From contig JBDNFB010000227.1 in NCBI GenBank assembly GCA_041690055.1, positions 73,285 through 137,284 of the forward strand: a stretch of 64,000 bases of DNA, written 5' to 3'. A model generated the notes under the pieces. The model was not told the DNA's origin, searched no databases, and saw only the letters and a program-made list of their open reading frames with translations. The first letter of the stretch is position 1; each line of letters starts with the position of its first letter. Shown here one piece after another: positions 18,560 to 28,490 of the stretch. The translations under genes were made by a program, and so were the position numbers. The stretch comes from Myxococcota bacterium. Its GTDB lineage: Bacteria; Myxococcota_A; UBA9160; UBA4427.

Positions 18560-19609
18560 GTGTTCGCCGCAAATTCCTTGCGCTCCCAGATTGCCCGCAC
18601 TTCCCGCGTTCCCCGGATTGCCGTCCGCATCGCCGCTTCGGCGGGATGCGCATCGCTTTTCATCAGCTCGGCGCTGCTCGGAGCCTCACCGGCTCCTGCG
18701 GACGAGCGACTCGTCGAGGGTATCGCCGCCCAGGTAGGCGGAGAGATCATCCTCGTTTCCGAGGTGATGGAGATCTCAGCTCCCGTCGAGGAGCGCATGC
18801 GAGCCGCCGGCGCGCCTGCACAAGAAGTCGCCCGACTCCGCACGGAAGCGCTTGAGCGATTGATCGAAGGCAAGCTCCTCACCTCCGTGGTCGAGCGCCT
18901 CGAACTCGGCGCCGAACGCGAAGAGGTCGACAGCGCTATCGCTGCCATCGCCGAAGACAACGGCATCACCCAGAGAGAACTGATCGATAGTATTACCAGT
19001 CACGGCCTCAGCATCGACGAATACCGCGCCAAAATTCAGGGCGAGATCGAACGCAGCAAGGTCGTGAACGCGATGGTGCGCTCGCGAGTGCAGATCCGGG
19101 ACGACGAAGTCCGCACGCTCTTCGATCAGAAATTTGCCGACCAGCCGTCAGGCGGAGAAGAAGTCTATCTGCGACATATCATTGTGACGCCACAGGGCTC
19201 GAAGGCCGCCACGAACGCCGAAGCCTGTGCCCTCGTCGGTGAAGCCCGCACGCGAATCGCCGCGGGCGAATTCGAATTCGGCGCCGTGGCCCAGCGCGTG
19301 ACCGACATGAATCCCGAACGCGCCGGCGAGCTCGGCTGGATCCATCGCAAGGATCTCGCTGCCTGGATGTCGGAGCGCGTCGAAAACATGCAGCCCGGCG
19401 AACTCAGCGAAGTCATCGAGATGCCTTTCGGCTGCAATCTTCTCCAACTCGTCGACCGACGCGACTACCGGCGGGTCAGCTACGAAGAAGCCGAGCCCCA
19501 ACTCCGCAACACACTCTTCCAGCAGAAAACGGAAGAGGAGTACGTGAAATGGCTCGACATTTTGCGTGGCCAGACGCATATCGAACGTAAAGGTCCGTTT
19601 GGTGGTTAA
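18560..19609 (+). CDS. SurA-like periplasmic chaperone / parvulin-type peptidyl-prolyl isomerase
   Basis: N-terminal signal-like segment, SurA_N-like VEGIAAQVGGEIILVSEV..., and a PpiC-type domain VYLRHIIV...GELGWIHRKDL.... Confidence 0.82.
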   Translation: MFAANSLRSQIARTSRVPRIAVRIAASAGCASLFISSALLGASPAPADERLVEGIAAQVGGEIILVSEVMEISAPVEERMRAAGAPAQEVARLRTEALERLIEGKLLTSVVERLELGAEREEVDSAIAAIAEDNGITQRELIDSITSHGLSIDEYRAKIQGEIERSKVVNAMVRSRVQIRDDEVRTLFDQKFADQPSGGEEVYLRHIIVTPQGSKAATNAEACALVGEARTRIAAGEFEFGAVAQRVTDMNPERAGELGWIHRKDLAAWMSERVENMQPGELSEVIEMPFGCNLLQLVDRRDYRRVSYEEAEPQLRNTLFQQKTEEEYVKWLDILRGQTHIERKGPFGG

Positions 19610-19621
19610 TCCGCCGGCAAC

Positions 19622-19693
19622 GCCTCTAATACCTCCGATGCCTCCGATGCCTCCGATGCCTCCGATGCCTCCGATGCCTCCGATGCCTCTAAT
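19622..19693. repeat. 9-bp tandem repeat, 8 units (GCCTCTAAT, ACCTCCGAT, 5x GCCTCCGAT, GCCTCTAAT)
   Basis: Counted base by base. Lies between the surA-like stop (19607-19609) and the uvrA start. Confidence 0.95.
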
Positions 19694-19729
19694 CCCGAGC
19701 GCGCCGCTGCGGCGCTCCTGAGCGCGCTC

Positions 19730-22700
19730 TTGGCTCGGTCGAAATCTCAAGCGAAACAAGTCGACCTCGTCGGGCGGGCATGGACCGTCCCTACTGATGC
19801 CGACGATCGTCTGGCGCGCGATTTCGAGACCATCGCGCAGCTCGCCAGCAAGGGCGATCCAGACGCGATCCAGATCTGCGGCGCGCGCACGCATAACCTC
19901 CAGAACGTCGACCTCACGATTCCGCGTAACCAATTCGTCGTCGTCACAGGTCCCTCCGGCTCCGGCAAATCCAGCCTCGCCTTCGACACGCTCTACGCCG
20001 AAGGCCAGCGACGTTATGTCGAGAGCCTCTCGACCTATGCGCGTCAATTTCTTGAACAGTTAGAACGCCCCGAAGTCGAGTCCATCGAAGGCCTCTCACC
20101 CGCGGTCGCCATCGAACAGAAAAGTGTCGGACGCAGTCCGCGCAGTACGGTCGGGACCATCACCGAAATCGCCGATCATCTTCGACTGCTCTTCGCCCGC
20201 GCCGGCACCGCTCATTGCTGGGAATGTGATACGCCGATTTCGAGCCAGGGCCTCGAGGATATGGTCGAACGCGTAATGTCGATGGGGGAGGGCACGAAGC
20301 TCCAAGTCCTCGCCCCCGTCGTCCGCGGCCGCAAAGGGCTGTACAAGAAAGAACTTGATCAGTTCCGCCGGGAGGGCTTTGTACGCGCCCGCATCGACGG
20401 CGAGATCTACGATCTCGGCGAAGAAATCGAACTCGCCAAGGGCAAGCGACACGATATCGAGATCGTCGTGGACCGACTCGTCGTAAAAGAAAGCGTCCGC
20501 GCACGCCTAACGGAGTCACTTGCCACCGCTCTCCGCCTTGCGGACGATCTCGCCATCATCGACGTGATCGGCGGCGAAAGCAGCTGGCTTTCTCAGTCCG
20601 GCGCCTGTCCAACCTGCCAGAACTCCTTCCCCGAAATTTCGCCGCGCCTCTTCTCCTTCAATAACCCCTTCGGCGCCTGCGCCACCTGCAACGGCCTTGG
20701 TCAGCAGAAGATCTTCGACCCGAAGCGAATCGTGCCCGACGAAGACCTCTCCCTGGCCGAAGGCGCAATCGCCGCCTGGGATCTCCAAGAAGCGCAGGGT
20801 TATTACCTACGCCTGCTCGAACTCCTCGCCGACGAGTACAAATTCGCGCTCGACACGCCTTGGAAGAAGCTCAGTAAGCGCAATCGCGAACGCATCATGG
20901 AAGGAGATTCGGCTTTTGAAATCGAGCTTGAAGTGCCGGTCGAGGGCAAGGGAAGAGGGCGGCGCCGACGTAAGCGCATGGAACTCATCACGCGTGATTT
21001 CGACGGCGTGCTCGGTGATCTCGCACGCCGCCTCGAAGTCGGCGGCGGACGCACCGAAAACTCCCTCGCAAAATTTCAGGCGGAACAGATCTGCCCCTCT
21101 TGCTCAGGCGCACGCCTCCGGGTCGAAGCCCGCTCTGTTCGCGTCGGCGGAAAATCTCTCCCCGAACTCGCGCGCCTTTCGATCGCCGATCTAATCCACT
21201 TTTTTGACGAAGTCGAACTCCCCCCGAATCTCGCGCGCATCGCCGAGCGCGTGCTCAAGGAAGTCCACGAGCGCCTCGGCTTCCTCGAACAAGTCGGCCT
21301 CGGCTACATCAGCCTCGATCGCCCCGCGGCCACGCTGTCTGGCGGCGAAGCCCAGCGCATCCGCCTCGCCACCCAGATCGGCGCACGCCTTATCGGCGTG
21401 CTCTATATCCTCGATGAACCTTCGATCGGTCTGCATCCCCGCGATAACGATCGTCTCCTCGAGAGCCTCGAAAGTCTCCGCGACCTCGGCAATTCCCTGA
21501 TCGTGGTTGAACACGACGAAGCCACGATTCGCCGCGCCGATCACGTCGTGGACATCGGCCCGGGCGCCGGACGGCACGGCGGCGTCATCGTTGCCGAAGG
21601 CCCGCCGGAAGCGCTTGAAAAAATCGCCGCGTCGACCACAGGTGATTTTTTGTCGGGCCGCCGTACGATCGCGATGCCCGAAAAGCGTCGAATCCGAACA
21701 GACCGCGCGATCCGCCTCGAAGGCTGCACCGCGAATAATCTCAAGAACGTCGATGTCGAAATTCCGCTCGGCTGTTTGACCGTGGTGACCGGCGTTTCGG
21801 GGAGCGGGAAGTCGACTTTGATCAACAACACGCTGCATCGTGTGCTGGCCGGCGAACTCCACGGCGCGCTGGCGGAACCGGGTGCATATAAGGCCGTCCA
21901 CGGTCTCAACTTGATCGACAAGGTCGTCGACGTCGACCAAAGGCCTATAGGCCGGAGCCCGCGCAGCAATCCCGCGACTTTCTCCGGCGCCTTCTCCCCC
22001 ATTCGCCAACTCTTCACTCAGGTTCCCGAAGCCCGCGTGCGTGGCTGGGATAGCGGCCGCTTTTCGTTCAATGTGAAGGGCGGACGCTGCGAGTCCTGCG
22101 AAGGCGACGGCTCAATTCGCGTCGAGATGCAATTCCTGCCCGACGTCTTCGTCAAATGCGACGTTTGCAGCGGCCGCCGCTACGACCGCGACACACTGGC
22201 CATTCGCTACCGTGGCAAAAGCATCGCCGATGTCCTCGAAATGACCGTCGAAGAGGCACTCGATCTTTTTGATAACATCCCGCCCATTGCGCGGCCGCTC
22301 CAGGCCTTATTCGATGTCGGCCTCGGATATGTTCAGCTTGGCCAATCGGCCACAACGCTCTCCGGCGGCGAAGCACAGCGCATGAAGCTCGCCAAAGAAC
22401 TCGCCCGCAAAGCCACCGGCCAAACGCTCTACCTTCTCGACGAACCGACAACCGGTCTCCATTTTGTCGATGTGGAAGTCTTGCTCGGACTGGTCGATCG
22501 CCTGGTCGATCGCGGCAATACTGTGCTGGTCATCGAACATCATCTCGACGTGATCCGGCATGCAGATCATGTAATCGATCTCGGGCCCGAAGGTGGAGCG
22601 GAAGGCGGGGAAATCGTGGCCGAGGGCACACCCGAAGAAGTGGCGCGCGTGAAGCGTTCCCATACCGGCCTCGCGCTGGCCGGCGCTTTCGCGGCGGACG

Positions 22701-22738
22701 CTGCACGATCGAAGGCCAAGAAGGGGAAAACGAAATGA
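19730..22738 (+). CDS. uvrA: excinuclease ABC subunit A
   Basis: [31 protein letters not shown], zinc-finger cysteines, LSGGEAQRI and a second [12 protein letters not shown]. The TTG start is uncertain, because the frame is open upstream to the surA stop. Confidence 0.95.
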   Translation: MARSKSQAKQVDLVGRAWTVPTDADDRLARDFETIAQLASKGDPDAIQICGARTHNLQNVDLTIPRNQFVVVTGPSGSGKSSLAFDTLYAEGQRRYVESLSTYARQFLEQLERPEVESIEGLSPAVAIEQKSVGRSPRSTVGTITEIADHLRLLFARAGTAHCWECDTPISSQGLEDMVERVMSMGEGTKLQVLAPVVRGRKGLYKKELDQFRREGFVRARIDGEIYDLGEEIELAKGKRHDIEIVVDRLVVKESVRARLTESLATALRLADDLAIIDVIGGESSWLSQSGACPTCQNSFPEISPRLFSFNNPFGACATCNGLGQQKIFDPKRIVPDEDLSLAEGAIAAWDLQEAQGYYLRLLELLADEYKFALDTPWKKLSKRNRERIMEGDSAFEIELEVPVEGKGRGRRRRKRMELITRDFDGVLGDLARRLEVGGGRTENSLAKFQAEQICPSCSGARLRVEARSVRVGGKSLPELARLSIADLIHFFDEVELPPNLARIAERVLKEVHERLGFLEQVGLGYISLDRPAATLSGGEAQRIRLATQIGARLIGVLYILDEPSIGLHPRDNDRLLESLESLRDLGNSLIVVEHDEATIRRADHVVDIGPGAGRHGGVIVAEGPPEALEKIAASTTGDFLSGRRTIAMPEKRRIRTDRAIRLEGCTANNLKNVDVEIPLGCLTVVTGVSGSGKSTLINNTLHRVLAGELHGALAEPGAYKAVHGLNLIDKVVDVDQRPIGRSPRSNPATFSGAFSPIRQLFTQVPEARVRGWDSGRFSFNVKGGRCESCEGDGSIRVEMQFLPDVFVKCDVCSGRRYDRDTLAIRYRGKSIADVLEMTVEEALDLFDNIPPIARPLQALFDVGLGYVQLGQSATTLSGGEAQRMKLAKELARKATGQTLYLLDEPTTGLHFVDVEVLLGLVDRLVDRGNTVLVIEHHLDVIRHADHVIDLGPEGGAEGGEIVAEGTPEEVARVKRSHTGLALAGAFAADAARSKAKKGKTK

Positions 22739-24168
22739 TGCCCGGCAGCGGACGCGAATGGCCCCCGAAGCCACGCAACGAACGACGCGCCGGTCCGCCC
22801 GATGGGCGCGATCCGAACGAGCCCTACCCGGATGTGCGCGGTGCGTTCATGCTCACGCTCTTCGCCATGCTCGCCGCCGCGTTTACCGGCGTCTTCTTTA
22901 TCGATTTTGGGGTGCTTGCGGCGGTGGGCGTCGGCCAAGCGATTGGTGTCGGCGCCGTCGCCACGATGGCGGCGCAGCGCGTGCCCGAGCCCCAGGCCAA
23001 GCGCCTCGGTTTGCGCGCGCTCGATCCCGCGATGGTCCCCGCGATCCTTTGTCTGGTTCCGGCGATCCTGCTCGTCAGTGAAGTCGACAATTACGCGCGG
23101 GATTGGTTCGGCGATGGGCGTGCGGACAGCGCAACTGAACTTCTTGTCCCGACACAGCCCGATATGGATGCCGGCAAGGATCAGGACTTCAGCGACGCTT
23201 CTGGAGCCACGGGAGGGGCCGATCGCGGCGCGCAAGGGAATGCGATTGGTCAAGGCGTCGACCGCGATTCAGGACAGAGCTTCGGGCGGGAATCGCTCTA
23301 CGATTACGAGCGCCGCTTCGATTCCGTCGGCGAACCGGGCGATGGCTACGACGAGTCGAACGGCCGCGCATCTGACGGTTCCCGCAGTAGCAGCCCGGCA
23401 CCTGGCACGAATGCGTCTGAGACGGAACTCAATGCGAAGAAAATCTTCGACCCGGACGATCCCTTCAGTCTCTTGCAGGCCTTCATCGTCATGGTCGGGA
23501 TCTCGCCGATCGTCGAGGAGTTCCTGTTTCGCGGCGTGATCCAACAGGGCATGATCGCGCGGCTTGGCCTGCTTCGCGGAATTTCGATGGCGGCTCTGAT
23601 GTGGACACTGTTGCGGCCGGCGCCGATCACGACGGCGGGTCGATTCATTGTGGCTGCCGTCGCTTCATTTGCGCTTGGATGGGCGCTAGGCGTTGTGCGG
23701 GTGGCCAGTGGCTCTGTATTGGGGCCGATTCTTCTGGCGGCTTTATGGAGTGCGGTCGGGCTTGGTTCGCTGGCTTTCGAGGGCAGCATGGATCTGCCGG
23801 GCATGAACGTCAACGGCACGCATCTGCCGATAGGCGTCACGCTCGCGAGCCTCGCCCTCGTCGCATGGGCGGGTTCGTCACTCTTTCGCGAGGCCGAAGA
23901 GGCATATGCGAAGGACAAGCTCTATCAGGACGACTCGGAGGGAAATGATTCCGATTCCGACCCCGATGCGGACGGTGGCGGTGGCGGTGGCGCCGGGGAG
24001 GATCCCGCAAAGCCGGCTGAAAAATATCCCAATGTCGTTGGCCACAAGGCCTGGGGCACGGATCCCGATTTGCGTGAGAATGAAACTACGGATTCAGCTC
24101 CACTTGCGGAAGACGAGCTGTCCTCCGCGGCGGATTCGGACGACTCACCCGACCCCAAGGAGCGTTAA
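22735..24168 (+). CDS. CPBP-family intramembrane glutamic endopeptidase (CAAX protease-like) with a long disordered insert and acidic tail
   Basis: SPIVEEFLFRGVIQQG (EExxxR motif) and multiple TM segments. ATGA overlap with the uvrA stop. Confidence 0.78.
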   Translation: MMPGSGREWPPKPRNERRAGPPDGRDPNEPYPDVRGAFMLTLFAMLAAAFTGVFFIDFGVLAAVGVGQAIGVGAVATMAAQRVPEPQAKRLGLRALDPAMVPAILCLVPAILLVSEVDNYARDWFGDGRADSATELLVPTQPDMDAGKDQDFSDASGATGGADRGAQGNAIGQGVDRDSGQSFGRESLYDYERRFDSVGEPGDGYDESNGRASDGSRSSSPAPGTNASETELNAKKIFDPDDPFSLLQAFIVMVGISPIVEEFLFRGVIQQGMIARLGLLRGISMAALMWTLLRPAPITTAGRFIVAAVASFALGWALGVVRVASGSVLGPILLAALWSAVGLGSLAFEGSMDLPGMNVNGTHLPIGVTLASLALVAWAGSSLFREAEEAYAKDKLYQDDSEGNDSDSDPDADGGGGGGAGEDPAKPAEKYPNVVGHKAWGTDPDLRENETTDSAPLAEDELSSAADSDDSPDPKER

Positions 24169-24183
24169 TCACGCCTAGGTGCG

Positions 24184-24774
24184 TTAGGCGCGTTCGGCGC
24201 GTTCGCGGTAAAGCGTGGCGTCAACGCAGGCGGCCATGGATGATGCGTGTTCGCTTCGCCCAAGGAACGAGGCGATTTTTTCGGCCGTTTGGGTAGGCTC
24301 ACTGATCAATTCCTGATGAGAGATTCGCCGCCACTCAAAGCAGCGCTCCGCCTCGAGAAGTTGGCGTGCCGTCTCGCTTTGACTCTCGAGGATTGGGCGG
24401 AGCCGCACCCGAGGTAGACCCCCGACCGATTCGCCCAGCCGCTCAAGCATCCGGTCTTGGGAATCGATCACTTCGTCGAGATCGCGCTCCACGAAGAGCA
24501 CGCAGTACCGCTCATTCCGGGGCAGGAACTCAAGCAGAGCATAAATCACTTTGACGCAGCGCCCCCGCGCGCCCGCCACCCAGTCCGTCCCCGCACGCGG
24601 CATTCGCTTCACGTCGGAGAGCTCGAAGTAGCCGCGCGGGTTGGAATCGTCCGGCGCTCGCGCAGCGTCGACGAGTGGCTCGATTCCTGCCGCGACAAGC
24701 ATCTGCATTACGAGTGAGGTGCCGCTGCGCGGGATCCCTGAAACAATCGTGATGATGTCCTGATCGGAAGGCAT
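24184..24774 (-). CDS. sulfotransferase family protein
   Basis: MPSDQDIITIVSGIPRSGTSLVMQML (PAPS-binding P-loop-like 5'-PSB motif). Start set at ATG 24774, 4 nt after the tmk stop. Confidence 0.72.
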   Translation of the reverse strand: MPSDQDIITIVSGIPRSGTSLVMQMLVAAGIEPLVDAARAPDDSNPRGYFELSDVKRMPRAGTDWVAGARGRCVKVIYALLEFLPRNERYCVLFVERDLDEVIDSQDRMLERLGESVGGLPRVRLRPILESQSETARQLLEAERCFEWRRISHQELISEPTQTAEKIASFLGRSEHASSMAACVDATLYRERAERA

Positions 24775-24778
24775 GCGC

Positions 24779-25501
24779 TCAGGCGTCGGACGGGTCGGCA
24801 CGGTCGCGTCCGGCGCGGCCCCCGCCGCCGTCGGCCGGAGCAGTCGCGGCTTCGCCGGAAGCTTCCGCCAAGCACGATTCAATCGCCCGCCGCACGTCTT
24901 GCTCGATGGCCTCTTCGCGTCGATCCGCGTCGATTCGCACAAGACCTTCTACTCCGAGGAGCGTTTCGAGCTGAGCAAAAATCCCCGCGACCTTCTCCTG
25001 AAATTCGAGATTCTCGAAGGCCGGCTCCTGCTCGCCACCGCGCGCAGCAACGCGCGCCAAACCGACCGTGGGCGACACTTCGAAAATCAGCACACGATCA
25101 GGGCGCACGAATTGCGCCTCGCTCTCCGCGAGAATCTTCGCGGGATCTAGGCCGCGCGCGCCCTGATAGGCGACCGTACTGATATAGGAGCGGTCGGAGA
25201 GCACGACTTTGCCTGCTGCCATCGCCGGCTCGACCATGTCGCGCATATGCTCTCGACGGTCCTCGAAGAACCACTCGAGTTCGGTCTCGGGCGCCACGGG
25301 TTCTGCCTTCTTGGCCATCGCGCGAATGCGCCGGCCCCACGGTCCGTCGGTGGGCTCGCGGGTGACGACGACTTCTTGACCCGCCGCTCGCAGCACCTCC
25401 GCTGCCCGCGCGAGCTGCGTGGATTTCCCACAGCCATCGAGACCCTCGAACACGATCAGTATCCCGCGCTTCACATCCCCTCCGAGTACGCCCGTTCGCA
25501 A
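24779..25501 (-). CDS. tmk: thymidylate (dTMP) kinase
   Basis: GILIVFEGLDGCGKSTQ...VVVTREPTDGPWG...DRSYISTVAYQG. The exact start is uncertain and may lie downstream of 25501. Confidence 0.85.
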   Translation of the reverse strand: MRTGVLGGDVKRGILIVFEGLDGCGKSTQLARAAEVLRAAGQEVVVTREPTDGPWGRRIRAMAKKAEPVAPETELEWFFEDRREHMRDMVEPAMAAGKVVLSDRSYISTVAYQGARGLDPAKILAESEAQFVRPDRVLIFEVSPTVGLARVAARGGEQEPAFENLEFQEKVAGIFAQLETLLGVEGLVRIDADRREEAIEQDVRRAIESCLAEASGEAATAPADGGGGRAGRDRADPSDA

Positions 25502-25806
25502 TCACGGGATCAGCATCGAGAGCGTATCGCTCCGACAACGCTGAAGCCGCTTTGAGTACACCCGCAGCAGGAAAGCCGCCCCGCCGCCGCGATTCGCCGG
25601 CTTGGTACGCGATTCGCAATGACATCCCCTTGTCGCCTTCGGGCGATCCTCGGGCGGCTCCTTTAACGGGACCGGGAGCCAAGCGAGGTGGAGATCGGCG
25701 GGTGGGGACACAGGGTCGAGTCGGGTCTGTTTAATAACGGGGTGAAGCCCGGCTCGAGTTCCCGCCCGGCGATTCTCTTTTTTGCGGAATGATCCCGTGG
25801 AGAAAA

Positions 25807-25827
25807 TATATACTGAGGTATATACTG
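25807..25827 (+). promoter_or_regulatory. direct repeat TATATACTG-agg-TATATACTG, candidate vapBC promoter/operator
   Basis: The second copy contains TATACT (25821-25826), 6 nt before ATG 25833. No Shine-Dalgarno in between. Confidence 0.35.
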
Positions 25828-25832
25828 TTCTG

Positions 25833-26069
25833 ATGGCTGATCGCGGGAAAATATTTCAGAACGGGGGTAGTCAGGCCGTACGGCTGCCCAAGAGTTGTCG
25901 ATTCAAAGATGCCACGGAGGTATCTGTGCGAATAGAGGGGACGAAAGTGATTCTCGAACCAATCGACGAATGGTCGAAAACCTTCCTCGACTGCCTTGGA
26001 GCTTGGGACGAAGAGATCGAACGTCCGGAGCAAACCCCGATTTCGCGACTGAAAGACCCGTTCGATTGA
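25833..26069 (+). CDS. vapB: type II antitoxin, AbrB/SpoVT (VapB) family
   Basis: MADRGKIFQNGGSQAVRLPKSCRF...VILEP. Start moved from the track's 25782 to ATG 25833. Confidence 0.85.
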   Translation: MADRGKIFQNGGSQAVRLPKSCRFKDATEVSVRIEGTKVILEPIDEWSKTFLDCLGAWDEEIERPEQTPISRLKDPFD

Positions 26070-26464
26070 AATTCCTACTCGACACGGACTCAGTGAGCTT
26101 CGCCCTTCGTGGCGAGGGCAACGTCGCTCAGCGCCTCGCGGACCGTTCTCCGTCAGAGTTTGGCTTGAGCGCGATCTCCCTCGCCGAATTGCGCTTCGGC
26201 GCCGAGCGCCGAGGCTCACGACGTCTTCACAGACTCATCGACGCCTTCATCTCAAATATCGAAGTCGTCCCGTTCGACCCAGCCGCAGCCGATCGCTTCG
26301 GTAAGGTCGCAACCCGTCTGCAGGCCAACGGAACTCCGATCGGCTCTCAAGACACGCTCATCGCGTCCCACGCTCTCAGCCTTGGTCTAACTCTAATCAC
26401 CCACAACACAGAGCATTTCCGAAACGTTCGCGGCCTCCAATCAGAAGACTGGTTCACTCAGTAA
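26066..26464 (+). CDS. vapC: type II toxin, PIN-domain ribonuclease VapC
   Basis: LKFLLDTDSVSFAL...SAISLAELRFGA...IGSQDTLIASHALSLGLTLITHNTEHF carries the PIN acidic residues. TTG start overlaps the vapB stop (TTGA). Confidence 0.85.
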   Translation: MKFLLDTDSVSFALRGEGNVAQRLADRSPSEFGLSAISLAELRFGAERRGSRRLHRLIDAFISNIEVVPFDPAAADRFGKVATRLQANGTPIGSQDTLIASHALSLGLTLITHNTEHFRNVRGLQSEDWFTQ

Positions 26465-26591
26465 TCGGGATCGCAACACCCGACGCAATAACGTAAATGA
26501 TTGAACTGAACGCCTGGCTTCCCCCGTGCGAAGCTGACCGCGAGGACGACGCAACGACCGGACGGAGCGCCTAGCTAGGCCCACACGTGTG

Positions 26592-26638
26592 CCGAAACGA
26601 AAAAGGGAGCGAAGCGATCCGAAGACCTCTTCACTCCC
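26592..26638 (-). terminator. rho-independent terminator candidate for the F0 operon
   Basis: Minus strand: GGGAGTGAAG...CTTCGCTCCC (10 bp, one G-U pair) followed by TTTTTCGTTTCGG. About 85 nt downstream of the atpE stop. Confidence 0.5.
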
Positions 26639-26723
26639 CCATTTTCGATCGAGCCGAAGCCCGGGCAAAATACTTCTCTAGTGCTTTCTAAAGCAGAGCC
26701 ACCTGCGGCTCGCTGAAGAAGCT

Positions 26724-27041
26724 TTATGCGATCTTACCCAGGAGCAAGAACGCGATCACGAAACCGTAAATCGCGATCGATTCGATCAGAACCATCCCCA
26801 GAATGAAGTTGATGAACATCGAGCCGGCGGCGCCCGGGTTGCGGGCGATACCGGCCGTTGTATTGCCGGCAGTGAGGCCCTGGCCGATGCCACAGCCCAG
26901 ACCGGCGATTCCAACCGCGAGGCCGGCGCCGATGCCGATACCACCGGCACCAGAAGTTGCGCCGCCATCGGCAGCAAAGGCTACGGCGGGAGCGAGGAAG
27001 AGAACGAGGGCCCAAACGAGGACGTTGACGATACGACGCAT
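26724..27041 (-). CDS. atpE: F0F1 ATP synthase subunit c
   Basis: Two-helix proteolipid GLGCGIGQGL...ARNPGAAG...LIESIAIYGFVIAFLL. Confidence 0.9.
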   Translation of the reverse strand: MRRIVNVLVWALVLFLAPAVAFAADGGATSGAGGIGIGAGLAVGIAGLGCGIGQGLTAGNTTAGIARNPGAAGSMFINFILGMVLIESIAIYGFVIAFLLLGKIA

Positions 27042-27204
27042 ACTAATTTTCCTTTTGATCTCCCGACGCTTCGGCCGGCGAGCGATCGCTACCGGGTACT
27101 GCGCGGGACGGGTCGATTGAACAAGCTCCGGCGATTCTCCGGAACCCGCGAACGAAGCCTGTCTCCGTCCGTATTGCCTAATTTTGAGATTGAGGGGTCG
27201 CGGT

Positions 27205-27924
27205 TTAATGCGGCTCCTCCAGCGCCTGTCCGATGTAGATCATCGTCAAGAGCGCAAAAACGAAGGCTTGCAGGAAGCTCACGAGCATCCCGAGTCCCAT
27301 AAAAATTGCCGGAACAAGTAAGGGCACCATTCCGATAAAGATCACAATCACAGTGTGATCCGCGAACATGTTGGCCAGCAATCGAATCCCCAAAGTCATG
27401 ATTCGCGCGACATGCAATACGATTTCGAGGGGCAGAAAGACCGGCGCGAGAACTCGCACGTGATAGTGCGTGCCGCCGATTTCCGGCTGCCAAAGTGCGG
27501 GGCCCATGAACTGGTAGATGTACTTCCAGCCGTGCTCTCGGATACCGATGAAGTTGTAGACCACGAAGGAGAGGATCGCCCAAGCGAACGTCACGTTCGC
27601 ATCGCCGGTCGAACCAAGCAGGCCGGGAATCAGGCTCATGAAATTCGAGACCAGCACGAAAAAGAAGATCGTTCCGACAATCGGGAAATACGTTTTCCAT
27701 TCGGAACCGATCGCCGTCTCGCCAAGATCCCCGAGCATCTCGATGACAACTTCGAAGAGGTTGCGGATCGAAAACCCTTCGTCGGGAAGCACGCCACCGC
27801 CTTCGCCGCTGATAGCGCCTCTGACGGCAAGACCCGCAACGATCAGGAGGCCCGCCGCAAAGAGTGCAGACAGGTAGATCCACTCAGTGTGAATCGAATG
27901 GGCGAGGTCATAAAAAAGGTTCAT
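27205..27924 (-). CDS. atpB: F0F1 ATP synthase subunit a
   Basis: 239 aa polytopic protein with LGIRLLANMFADH (conserved Arg motif). Confidence 0.9.
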   Translation of the reverse strand: MNLFYDLAHSIHTEWIYLSALFAAGLLIVAGLAVRGAISGEGGGVLPDEGFSIRNLFEVVIEMLGDLGETAIGSEWKTYFPIVGTIFFFVLVSNFMSLIPGLLGSTGDANVTFAWAILSFVVYNFIGIREHGWKYIYQFMGPALWQPEIGGTHYHVRVLAPVFLPLEIVLHVARIMTLGIRLLANMFADHTVIVIFIGMVPLLVPAIFMGLGMLVSFLQAFVFALLTMIYIGQALEEPH

Positions 27925-28490
27925 CGGTTGCTCTCGTCAGAGGAAGGGTCGGAGGAAGCGCCAGAAGAAGAATCGGTCGCGGCGGCGTCTTCGTGCGCAT
28001 CGCTTTCGATATCTTCGAGCGGGTCAATCCATTTCAAGCGAAAAAGGTTGCCTGCCTGCAGAATACGAGGGCTTTTATCTTCGTCTTCGCGGTCGGCGTA
28101 GAGGTCATCTTCGAGGAAGGTCGGCAGGGTCGCGGGATCGAGGATCGGCGGTCGGTTCAGCCAAGCGTCGATCACGGTGGCCGGCATCGCAATTGAAAGA
28201 CCGATGACGAGCGCGATCGGATGTGCGCCTACGTACATGACGCTGAAGATCGCGGTGCCAAGCAACATGAATCGCAAAGCGAAGCCGCCAAGCCACGCAC
28301 CGGCCATAACCTGGCCCTCGAAGAGTCGCTTGGCCGTGCGGTGAATCGCGCCGAGATTCAGCGCCTCAATGAAAGCACCCGCAGCGAGGCTGGTGGCAAA
28401 ATGCGGCGTCACGAGCGCGAGGGACGCTGCCACCGCACCTGCGGACAAGCCGAGATTCCACTGTTCCACTGTGGCCAATTCAAACTTCAT
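27921..28490 (-). CDS. atpI: ATP synthase subunit I-like membrane protein with an acidic C-terminal extension
   Basis: Four hydrophobic segments, positioned immediately upstream of atpB with an ATGA overlap. The assignment rests mainly on position. Confidence 0.5.
   Translation of the reverse strand: MKFELATVEQWNLGLSAGAVAASLALVTPHFATSLAAGAFIEALNLGAIHRTAKRLFEGQVMAGAWLGGFALRFMLLGTAIFSVMYVGAHPIALVIGLSIAMPATVIDAWLNRPPILDPATLPTFLEDDLYADREDEDKSPRILQAGNLFRLKWIDPLEDIESDAHEDAAATDSSSGASSDPSSDESNR

Noticed and set aside
19622-19693. Possibility that the 9-bp array is a CRISPR or a coding repeat. The minus-strand track ORF reads GIGGIGGIG through it.
   Set aside because: The units are contiguous with no spacers and are far too short for CRISPR. 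The minus-strand ORF is antisense to uvrA and surA, and no start codon precedes the array in the plus frame.
25502-25780. 69-aa minus-strand and 60-aa plus-strand ORFs between tmk and vapB.
   Set aside because: No RBS, no recognisable motifs, and Pro/Arg/Gly-rich translations. More likely promoter or leader DNA for tmk.
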